64,000 bases of DNA from the human T2T-CHM13v2.0 reference genome, Homo sapiens, in NCBI RefSeq assembly GCF_009914755.1, contig NC_060939.1; one strand, written 5' to 3'. Positions 53,266-64,000 of the stretch are shown here, piece by piece; within the stretch, counting starts at the first letter, position 1, and every line of letters begins with the position of its first letter. A model generated the notes under the pieces. It did no database searches and was not told where the DNA came from. It worked only from the letters and a program-made list of their open reading frames with translations. Made by a program: the position numbers and the translations under genes.

Positions 53266-56200
53266 TTTTTTTATAAGTTATTGGGGTACAGTTGGTATTT
53301 GGTCACATGAGTAAGTTCTTTAGTGGTGATTTGTGAGATTCTGGTGCACCCATCACCCCAGCAGTATACACTGCACTACATTTGCAGTCTTTTTTAAAAT
53401 ATTTTTTTCCCTACATTTTTGTCCCTCACCCCCTACCACTCTTCCCCACAAGTCCCCAAAGTCCATTGTATCATTCTTATGCCTTTGCGTCCTCATAGCT
53501 TAGCTCCCACATATCAGTAATAACATATGATGTTTGGTTTTCCATTCCTGAGTTACTTCACTTAGAATAATGGCCTCCAATCTCATCCAGGTTGCTGCAA
53601 ATGCCATTATTTCATTTCTTTTTATGGCTGAGTAGTATTCCATCATATAAATATACCACAATTTTTTTATCCATTAGTTGATTGATGGGCATTTGGGTTG
53701 GTTCCATGATTTTGCAATTGCAAATTGTGCTGCTATAAACATGAGTGTGCAAATATCTTTTTTGTATGATGACTTCTCCTCCTGGTAGATATCCAGTAGT
53801 GGAATTGCTGGATCAAATGGTAGTTCTACTTTTAGTTGTTTAAAGAATCTCCACACTGTTTTCCATAGTGTTTGTACTAGTTTACATTCCAACCAGCAGT
53901 GTAGAAGTGTTCCCTCTTCACCACATCCACGTCAACATCTACTGGTTTTTGATTTTTTGATTATGGCCATTCTTGCAAGAGGAAGGTGGTATCACATTGT
54001 GGTTTTGATTTGCATTTCCTTGATCATTAGTGATACTGAGCATTTTTTCATATGTTTGTTGGTCATTTGTATATCTTCTTTTGAGAATTGTCTATTCATG
54101 CCCTTAGGCTAATTTTTAATGGGATTGTTTGGTTTTTCTTGCTGACTTGTTTGAGTTTATTCTAGATTCTGAATATAGATTCTGAATAGTCCCTTGTCAG
54201 ATGTGTAGATTGCGAAGATTTTCTGCCACTCTGTGGACTGTCTGTTTACTCTGCTGACTATTCCTTTTGCCATACAAAAGCTCTTTAGTTTAATTAAGTC
54301 CCAACTATTTATCTTTGTTTTTATTGCATTTGCTTTTGGGTTCTTGGTCAGGAAATCCTTGCCTAAGCCAATGCCTAAAAGGGGTTTTCCAATGTTTTCT
54401 TCTAGAATTTTTATAGTTTCAGGTCTTAGATTTAAGTCCTTAATCCATCTCGAGTTGATTTTTGTATAAGGCAAGAGATGAGGATCCAGTTTCATTCTCC
54501 TACATGTGGCTATCCAATTATCCCAGCACTATTTGTTGAAAAAGGTGTCCTTTCCCCATATTACGTTTTTGTTTGCTTTGTCGAATATCAGTTGGCTATA
54601 AGTATTTGGGTTTATTTCTGAGTTCTCTATTCTGTTCCATTGGTCTATGTGCCTATTTTTATACCAGTACCATGCTGTTTTGGTGACTATGGCCTTATAG
54701 ATTTGTTTGAAGTCAGGTAGTGTCATGCCTCCAGATTTGTTCTTTTTGCTTAGTCTTGCTTTGGCTATGCGGGCTCCTTTTTTGTTTTATATCAATTTTA
54801 GATTTTTTTTCTATTTCTGTGAAGAATGATGGTATTTTGATGGGGATTGCATTCAATTTGTAGATTGCTTTTGGCAGTATGTCATTTTCACAATATTGAT
54901 TCTACCCATCCGTGAGCATGGGATGTGTTTCCATTTGTTTGTCATCTATGATTTCTTTCAGCAGTGTTTTTCAGTTTTTCTTGTAGAGGTCTTTCACCTC
55001 CTTGTTTAGGTAAATTCTTGAATATTTTATTTTATTTTTGAGCTACTGTAAAAGGGGTTGAATTCTTGATTTCATTCTCCACTTGGTCACTCACTGTTGG
55101 TATATAGAAGAGCTACTGATTTGTGTACATTAATCTTGTATCCGGAAACTTTGCTGAATTCTTCTATCAGTTCTAGGAGCCTTCTGGAGGAGTCTTTAGG
55201 GTTTTCAAGGTAAACAATCATATCATCAGCAAACAGTGACAGTTTGACTTCCTCTTTACCTATTTGGGTGCCCTTTATTTTTTTCTCTTGTCTGATTGCT
55301 CTGGCTAAGACTTACAGTACTATGTTGAAGAGGAGTAGTGAGAGTGGGCATCCTTCTCTTATTCCAGTTCTCAGAGGGAATGCTTTCAACTTTTCCCCAT
55401 TCAGCATTATATTGGCTGGTGATTTGTCATAGATGGCTTTTATTACATTGAGGTATCTCCCTTGTATGCCAATTTTGCTGAGGGTTTTAATCATAAAGCG
55501 ATGCTGTATTTTGTCAAACGCTTTTTCTTCATCTATTGAGATGATCATGTGATTTTGGTTTTAATTCTGTTTATGTGGCATATAACCTTTATTGACTTGT
55601 GTATATTAAACCATCTCTGCATCCCTGGTATGAAACCCACTTGATCATGATGGATTATCTTTTTGATATGTTGTTGGATTCAGTTAGCTAGTATTTTGTT
55701 AAGGATTTTAGTATCTATCTTCATCAAGGATATCAATCTGTAGTTTTCTTTTTTGGTTGTGTCCTTTCCTGGTTTTGGTATTAGGGTGATGCTGGCTTCA
55801 CAGAATGAATTGGGGGATGGGGGTTCCCTCTTTATCTTGTGGAATAGTGTCAAAATGGTTGGTACCAATTCTTCTTTGAATGTCTTGTAGAATTCTTCTG
55901 TGAATCCATCTGGTCCTGGACTTTTTTGTGTGTTGGTAATTTTCAAATTGCCATTTCTATCTCACTGCTTGTTATTGGTCTGTTCAGTGTATCTAATTCT
56001 TCCCAGTTTAAGCTAGGAGGGTTGTATCTTTCCAGGAATTTATCGGTCTCTTCTAGATTTTATCGTTTATATGTGTAAAGGTGTTCATAATAACCTTGAA
56101 TAATCTTTTGTATTTCTGTGGTGTCAGTTGTAATATCTCCTGTTTCATTTCTTAATGAGATTATTTGGATTTTCTCTCTTGTTTTCTTTATTTATATTGC

Positions 56201-57846
56201 TAATGAGCTATCAATTTTATCTCTCTTTTCAAAGAACCAGCTTTTTGTTTCATTTATCTTTTGTATTTCTTTTGTTGTTGTTGTTTGTTTCAATTACATT
56301 TAGTTCTGCTCTGATCTTTGTTATTTCCTTTCTTCTGCTGGGTTTGGTGTGGTTTGTTCTTGTTTCTGTAGTTCCTTGAGGTGTGACCTTCGAATGTCAG
56401 CTTGTGCTCTTTCAGTCTTTTTGATGTAGGTGTTCAGGGCTATAAACTTTCCTCTTAGCACCACCTTTGCTGTATCTCAGATGTTTTGACAGGTTGTGTC
56501 ATTATTGTCCTTCAGTTAGAAGAATTTTTTAATTTCCATCTTCATTTCATTTTTGACCCAATGCTCATTCAGGAGCAGGTTATATTATGTCCGTGTATTT
56601 GCATGGTTTTGAAGGTTCCTTTTGGTGTTGATTTCCAGTTTTATTCCACTGTGGTCTGAGAGAGTGCTTGATATAATTTCAATTTTCTTAAATTTATTGA
56701 GACTTGTTTTATGGCCTATCATATGGTATATCTTGGAGAAAGTTCCATGTGCTGTTGAATAGAATGTGTATTGTGCAGTTGTTGGATAAAATGTTCTGTA
56801 TGTATCTGTTAAGTCCATTTGTTCCAAGATATAGTTTAAATCCATCGTTTCTTTGTTCACTTTCTGTGTGATGACCGATCTACTGCTGTCAGTGGAGTAT
56901 TGAAGTCCCCCACTATTATCATGTTGCTGTCTATCTCATTTCTTAAGTCTATTAGTAATTGTTTTATAAATTATGGAGCTCCAATGTTAGGTGCATATAT
57001 GTTTAGGATTGTGATATTTTCCTGTTGGACAAGGCCTTTCGCCATTATACAATGTCCCTCTTTCTCTTTTTTAACTGCTGTTGCTTTAAAGTTTGTTTTG
57101 TCTGATATAAGAATAGCTACCTCTTCCTTGAATATTTCTCCCTTCACTTCTTGTTTCATTTTTTGGATTTCCTTGCATTGGGCTTTGCCTTTCTCTGGTG
57201 CCTCCCTGATTAACTTAATAATTAACCTCCTGAATTCTTTTTCAGGTAAATCAGAGATTTTTTTTCTTGGTTTGAATCAACTGCTGTTGAACTAGTGTGA
57301 TTTTGGGGGGTGTTAAAGAGCCTTGTTTTGTCGTATTACCAGAGTTGGTTTTCTGGTTCCTTCTCATTTGGGTAGGCCCTGTTAGAGGGAAGGTCTAGGA
57401 CTCAAGGCTGTTGTACAGATTCTTTTGTCCCACGGGGTGTTCCCTTGATGTAATACTCTCTCCCTTTTCCTAAGAATGTGGATTCCTGTGAGCAGAACTG
57501 CAGTGATTGTTGCCTCTCTTCTGGGTTTAGCCACCCAGCAAATCTACCAGGTGCCAGGCTGGTACCAGGGGTTGTCTGCACAGAGTCCTGTCATATGAAC
57601 TGTCTATGGGTCTTTCAGCCATGGATACCAACACAGTATTTGGGGTGTCTTCCGGGTCCTGCAGGAGTAGTCCACTTCCTTCAGAGGATCTGTAGGTCCT
57701 CTCAGAATTGCTGTTTTTTTTTCTTGAAGTTGATCTGGAGCTAAAATTCACAATGCGAGCCTCTGCATGCTTCTCTCCCTGTCTGAGTTGGAGTTGCAAT
57801 CTAGTCCTGCCTCCCATCCACCATGATGACCTGTCCCCACTTTGTG
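53266..57846 (-). mobile_element. L1PB1-like LINE-1 with intact termini, a spliced 5' UTR and an ORF1 deletion, nested in L1MA
   Basis: Colinear with the 8891-15751 copy; TSD core AAAATCAGTA at 53254-53263 and 57847-57856. Confidence 0.92.
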
Positions 57847-59779
57847 AAAATCAGTAGTGTTTCTATATGCCAACAGTGAACAATCTGAAAAAAAATAAAA
57901 ATAATTCCACTTATCATAGCCACAAATAAAATTAAATATCTAGGAATTAACCAAAGAAGTGAAAGAACTTTATAATGAAAAATGTAAAACACTGATGAAA
58001 GAAATTGAAGAGGACACCAAAAAATGGAAAGTTATTCCAAGTTCATGGATTGGAAGAATTAATATTGTTAAAATATCCATACTACCCAAAGCAATCTACA
58101 GATTTAGTGCAATTTTTATCAAAATACCAACGACATTCTTCACATAAATTTAAAAAAACTATTCTAAAATTTATAGGGAGCCACTGAAGACCCAGAATAG
58201 CCAAAACTATCCTAAGGAAAAAGAATAAAACAGGAGGAATCACATTACTTGACTTCAAATTATACTACAGAGCTATAGTGACCAAAGCAGCACGGTACTG
58301 GCATAAAAACAGACACGTATACCAATGGAACATAATAGAGAACCCAGAAACAAATATGCACACCTAAAGTGAACTCATTGTTGACAAAAGTGCCAAGAAC
58401 AAACACGGCCGAAAGACAGTCTCTTCAATAAACGGTGCTGAGAAAACTGGATATCCATATGCAGAAAAATGAAACGAAATCCCTGTCTCTCACCATATAC
58501 AAAAATCAAATCAAAATGGATTGAAGTCTTAAATCTAAGACCTCAGCCTATGAAACTAGCACAAGAAAACATCAGAGAAACTCTCCAGTACATTGGTCTG
58601 AGCAAAAATTTCTTAAGTAATACAAGCACAGGCAACCAAGACAAAAGTGGACAAATGGGTTCTCATCAAGCTATAAAGCTTCTGCACAGCAAATGAAACA
58701 ATCAACAAAGTGAAGAGACACTTCACAGAATAGGGGAAAATATTTGCAAACTACTCTTCGGACAAGGGATTAATAACCAGGGTATATAAGGAGCTCAAAC
58801 AACTTTATAGGAAATAAGTCTAATAATCTGATTTAGAATGGGCAAAAGATTTGAACAGACATTTCTCAAAAGAATACATACAAATGGCAAACAGGCATGT
58901 GAAAGGTACTTGACATCATTGATCATCAGAGAAATGCAAATCAAAACTACAATGAGATATCATCTCACCCCAGTTAAAATGGCTTTATCCAAAAAGGCAA
59001 TAACAAATACTGGCAAAGATATAGAGAAAAGGGAACACTCATACATTGTTAGTGGGAATGTAAGTTAGTACAACCACTATGGAGAACAGTTTGGAGGTTC
59101 CTCAAAAAACTAAAAATAGAGCTACCATATGATCCAGCAATCCCACTGCTGGGTATATACTCAAAACAAAGGAAATCAGTACATTGAAGAGCTATCTACA
59201 CTTTCATGTTCATTGCAGCACTGTTCACAATAGCCAAAATTTGGAATCAACCTAAGTGCCCATCAACAGATGAATGAATAAAGAAAATATGGTACATCTA
59301 CACAATAGAGTGCTATTCAGCCATAAAAAGAAAATGAGATTCCATCATTTGCATTGGAACTGGAGGCCATTATGCTAAATGAAATTACCCATGCACAGAA
59401 AGACACACATCACATGTTCTCATTTATTTGTGAAACCTAAAAATCAATACAGTTGAACTCATGAAGATAGAGAGTAGAATAATGGTTACCAGAGGTTGTG
59501 AAGGATGATGGCAGGGAGGTGAGAATGCTTAGTGGTTTTTTTTTTTAAGTAAGACCTAGTATTTGATAGCAAAACAGGGTGACTATCATCGATAACAATT
59601 TAATTATACATTTTTGAATAACTAAGTATAATTGGTTTGTAAATACAATGGATAAATGCTTGAGGAGATGGGTACATCATTTTACATGATGTGATGATTA
59701 CTCATCGCATGCCTGTTTCAAAACATCTCATATACCCCATAAATATACACACCTACTATGTACCCACAAAATTTTTTTC

Positions 59780-60100
59780 AGTGCGTGAATAGACTTGGGG
59801 CTTTAGGCAAGGCTACAGCCAGAAACCTCAAAACAATGTCTTGGGACATCATTTCTTTTTCTTCTCTCTTCAGATGGGCCTCCTCCTTTTAGTGGCAAGA
59901 TGGCTGCCAACAATCCAGATCTCGTACTACCAGATTGGCAACCTTTGCAGAATAAAAGTCTTTTCCAACAGGTTCAGCAGTAAAGTCCAGAAAAGGTCAT
60001 AAACTGGCCTATCTGAGGTCAATTGCCTACCCTGTCCCACAGTCAATGTGGCCAGAGGGATGGAGTACTCTGATTGGTCAAGCTTATGTCATATGTTCAG
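59780..60100 (-). mobile_element. Old MLT1 (J/K/L-like) LTR remnant
   Basis: gcaagatggctgcc; gaggtcaattgcctaccctg...cagtcaatgtggccagagggatggagtactctgattggtc. Confidence 0.55.
59874..59892 (+). CDS. TMCO5A: Putative alternative terminal coding exon of TMCO5A (K-WASSF-stop; 228-aa TM-less isoform)
   Basis: Very strong acceptor atttctttttcttctctcttcag|; joined to the phase-2 exon 9 donor it reads K-WASSF; TAG at 59890-59892; AATAAA at 59951 and 60951. Confidence 0.6.
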
Positions 60101-61805
60101 CCCCTTACTAAGGATTAAGAGCAGTCAAAGAAGAAGAACAAAGTAAGGGAATGACCTAAACTATATGAAATGCATTTCTCCCACTAAAAGGGGCTCAGTG
60201 CCTATGGAAGAGAAAAGGGATGCTGGACACGCAAAAGCAGAGGTCTACTTCATTGCTAAACTCTGTGTCTTCCTATAAGCAAAAATTATAACTTCTAAAG
60301 ATAGTAGATTAAGACGGTGAAAGCTTCTACAAAGAGCTCAGTTTAAGAACCATGTAAATAATCAGGTCACTAGGGCTAAAGTAAGCAACAATTCTAAAAT
60401 AAGTAGAATATGACTGGTATAAATTGCTTCACCAACTCAAAGTAGCATATATATCACACCTCTTATTTTTCCAATTAATTGCTGAAACATTCACATGCCT
60501 TACTAATAGGATATACTCTACATTATTTTCCAGTACAAGAGAAAATTATTTTAAATGGTAAGGTTTTAGGTCTAAAAGTGTCTCAATTTTAAGAAAGCTG
60601 ATATCAAGCAGGTCATATTTTCTAGGCATTGTGCAATGACTATAGAAATTATGAAAATGTGTAACCAACCAGTAATATCTAGCCACAGGCAAATTTTATA
60701 AAAGATCCTTTTAATTAACTTCTGGATTAAATGGAAAATCCAAACTGAGATTACTTTTATAGGGTCAGTTACATGCTAAGGAGGAAGCATAGAGAGTAGA
60801 AGAATGGTTACCAGAGGCTGTAACCTTCTTAATTTAAGGTAAAAAATTCTACCTATTAGCTTAGTATTAGATGAAAACAGAAATTCTTGTCACATACAGG
60901 CACTATTCACTGCAGTGAAGTATATCTTTTCAGAAAGTTGCATAAAATCGAATAAAATACCATGTATTAAATTAAAAAAACTGGATATATTTGAACTCCT
61001 TCTTGAAGTTATTCCTCGCTCCTAAATTGTCAGGAGCCTTTATAGCTCTCAAGTCCAAGGGCAGGGAGGGGTCATTCTAGCATTCACACCAGCCAGGAGC
61101 CAACCTGGGACTCCTTGGTCCACTGCCATTGCTTTGTGAGAACACATAATGTCACTGTTGAAAACTGATCCTACACAACGTGGTCAAGTAATTTATTGTA
61201 CAAATTGAGACACTTGTGATAATAGAAAGGAATGCTGTTAATAATTATGCCAGGACTGTTTCAGAAAACCAGGATGTATTGTTACCTTCTATGTAATTTG
61301 AGATCTTGTTCACCCTATGTGGTTTGCTGAGGCAGGTGGATTTCATTCTTCAGTGCTAAGTGCAGATAACAGTGTCCCATGCTTAGAATCTCAGTGCCAG
61401 ACTCAAGGTGCACTTCTTCTTCCATTCAAATACTCAGCCCTACTCTGCCCTGTGCTCCAAGGTCAAGCTCCTAGAGGATCAAGATGAACTCAGGTTTCTG
61501 CCTCCCTCACCCTTGCTTCTCCAGGATGCCCTTCAGGAAGTCAGGCTACTCTCTGGAGATCCACCCCTTTGGAGGTCAGAAGTCTTACCTTCCAAAGACT
61601 CACCACCCAAACGCAAACAGCTCAAAGATACACTCCAAGGAAAGCTCCAAGGTGCACACCTTTCCTTCCAGACACTTTCCACACTCCTTTGAAGGTTCTG
61701 CATCTGGAGAAGAGAAACAGTTCACTAAAAGCCAGTGTTAGAGACACCATTCGTTTCTACGGTCAAACCTGAGTTTTCTGAGCTGTTATCAACTGGCCTG
61801 TTTAG

Positions 61806-62129
<324 letters not shown>

Positions 62130-62807
62130 TACTTCTACATTTCAAAATAATTATTTATCAGAATGATAAGTTCATATTGCTCATGATTTGAGGAAAAAAG
62201 GGAAAGGAAGAAAAAGAATATTTGTTAAATCCTTAGTACTGTGTAGTGTTGGGAATACATGGATGAAGAAGACATAATATCTGGTTTTGAGAAGGTGGGA
62301 AGGAGAGACAGATATATCACGTGTATATATGATAAGTCCTATAACAGAAACATAGAAGGAGTAATTCTCCATGTCTACGTCCAATAAGAGGTGACATTAA
62401 ATCTGTGAATTATGCTAGACTTGGAAGAAAAATGACATGCCACATATTAGATAAGCTGACCATGTGTTAGCAAAGCCATTCTTTACTGAAGGACTAAAAA
62501 CATTTTCCATCCTAGATGAATATCTCAAATGGAAGTACCAAATACAAGTATCCCCAAAAATGAGCAACTTAGTATATCAAGTTGTCTGGAGTTGGTAAAT
62601 TCTTTATAACACTAGGCCTCAGAGAAAACCAAACCCTCTTCTACTGGCAATTATTAGAGTAGTGCACAAATACCCACATTCTGATAATACCAGTAACTCT
62701 AAGATATTTACTCAAGACCCCATCACCCTAAATGAGAATACCCAACACTATGTCACTGCCTTGAGGGTTTCCAATAAAGTTCTGCTTTTTGTGTATAACT
62801 TTTTATA

Positions 62808-63383
62808 AAACTTTTATTTTAGGTTCAGGGGTACATGTGCTTGTTTGCTATATAGGTAAATTGCATGTCACAGGGCTTTGTTATACAGATTATTTCATCA
62901 CCTAGGTAATAATCTCACTATCCAATAGGTGGTTTTCAGTTCCTCTCCCTCCTCCACCTTCCACCCTCAAGTACACTTGTGTTCATGTGTTGTTGATGTT
63001 TGCTCCCATTTATAAGCAAGAACATGCAGTACTTGGTTTTCTGTTCCTGAGTTAGTTTGCTTATGATAATGGCCTCAAACTCCATTCATGTTGCTGCAAA
63101 GGACATAATCTTGTTCTTTTTTTATGGTTGCATAGTATATATATACCACATTTTATTTATCCTGTCTACCATTGATGGGCATTTAGGTTGATTCCATGTC
63201 TTTGCTATTGTGAGTAGTGCTCTGATGAGTATATGCATGTATGTGTCTTTATAGTCGAATGGCTTATATTCCTTTGGGTATACACCCAATCATGGGACTG
63301 CTGGGTTGAATGGTTAATTCTGTTTTAAGTTCTTTGAGAAATTGCCACACTGCTTTCCACTATGGCTGAGCTAATTTACAGTC
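62808..63383 (-). mobile_element. L1PA15/16-like 3' end, interrupted by THE1
   Basis: cttttattttaggttcaggggtacatgtgc...ggtaaattgcatgtcacaggg...acagattatttcatcacc. Confidence 0.85.
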
Positions 63384-64000
63384 TGTATTATTCTGTTTTC
63401 ACACTGCTGATAAAGACATACCCGAGGCTGGGCAATTTACAAAAGAAGGAGGCTTATTGGACTTACAGTTCTGCATGGCTAGGGAGGCCTCACAATCATA
63501 ATGGAAGGTGAAAGTCATGTCTCACATGGTGGCAGACAAGAGAAGACAGCTTGTGTAGGAAAACTCCCATTTTTAAAACCATCTGCTCTCCTGAGACTTA
63601 TTGACTATCACAAGAACAGCACAAGAAAGACCTGCCCCCATGATTCAACTATCTCCCACCAGGTCCCTCCCACAATACGTGGGAATTCAAGATGAGATTT
63701 GGGTGGGGACACAGTCAAACCATATCATTCTGCCTCTGGCCCGTCCCAAATCTTATTTCCTCACATTTTAAAACCAATCATGCCTTTCCTACAGTCCCCC
63801 AAAGTCTTAACTCATTTCTGCATTAACTCAAAAGTCCACAGTCCAAAGTCTCATTGGAGACAAGGAAAGTCCCTTCTGCCTATGAGACTGTAAAATCAAA
63901 AGCAATTTAGTTACTTCCTAGAGACAATGGGGATACAGGTATTGGGTAAATATGGCCATTCCAAATGGGAGAAATTAACCAAAACAAAGGGGCTACAGGC
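63384..64000 (-). mobile_element. THE1B-like provirus: 3' LTR (63384-63727) plus internal sequence running off the window
   Basis: tgtatta...gctgataaagacatacccgag...aaaccatatca, then THE1-int ttctgcctctggccc...ccccaaagtcttaactc. Confidence 0.9.

Noticed and set aside
57115-57130. ORF1-ORF2 deletion as a second splicing event
   Set aside because: No GT/GC donor at the corresponding left breakpoint in the intact sister copy.
61408-61772. Three overlapping + strand ORFs
   Set aside because: Stop-poor C/A-rich sequence with non-ATG or weak starts and no homology I recognise.

Overview
Human (or great-ape) genomic DNA, mostly interspersed repeats, with one protein-coding gene on the + strand: TMCO5A (transmembrane and coiled-coil domains 5A, a testis gene). 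Ten coding exons from 29578 to 44481 were joined by hand at canonical GT-AG sites. They give an 867-nt ORF of 288 aa ([23 protein letters not shown]...[16 protein letters not shown]), a long coiled coil with a C-terminal TM anchor. None of these exons appears in its coding frame in the supplied ORF track, whose long ORFs are L1/Alu remnants. The flanks hold nested retroelements: a full-length L1PB1 inside an MLT1 LTR (8.9-15.8 kb); an L1MA carrying an L1PA and an AluJ (16.4-21.4 kb); a 15-kb L1MA/L1PA/L1PB nest (45-59.8 kb); and THE1, MLT1 and MER67-like LTRs, Alus, MIR and L2. Best leads: (1) an upstream exon whose uORF looks like the disabled ancestral N-terminus of TMCO5A; (2) two L1PB1 copies differing by a precisely excised 960-nt GT-AG intron (a spliced retrotransposed L1); (3) a KASH-like C-terminal tail on TMCO5A; (4) an LTR-derived alternative last exon giving a TM-less 228-aa isoform; (5) a possible L1 antisense-promoter first exon. 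There are no CRISPR, rRNA or tRNA features. Repeat subfamily names were assigned by eye and are approximate.
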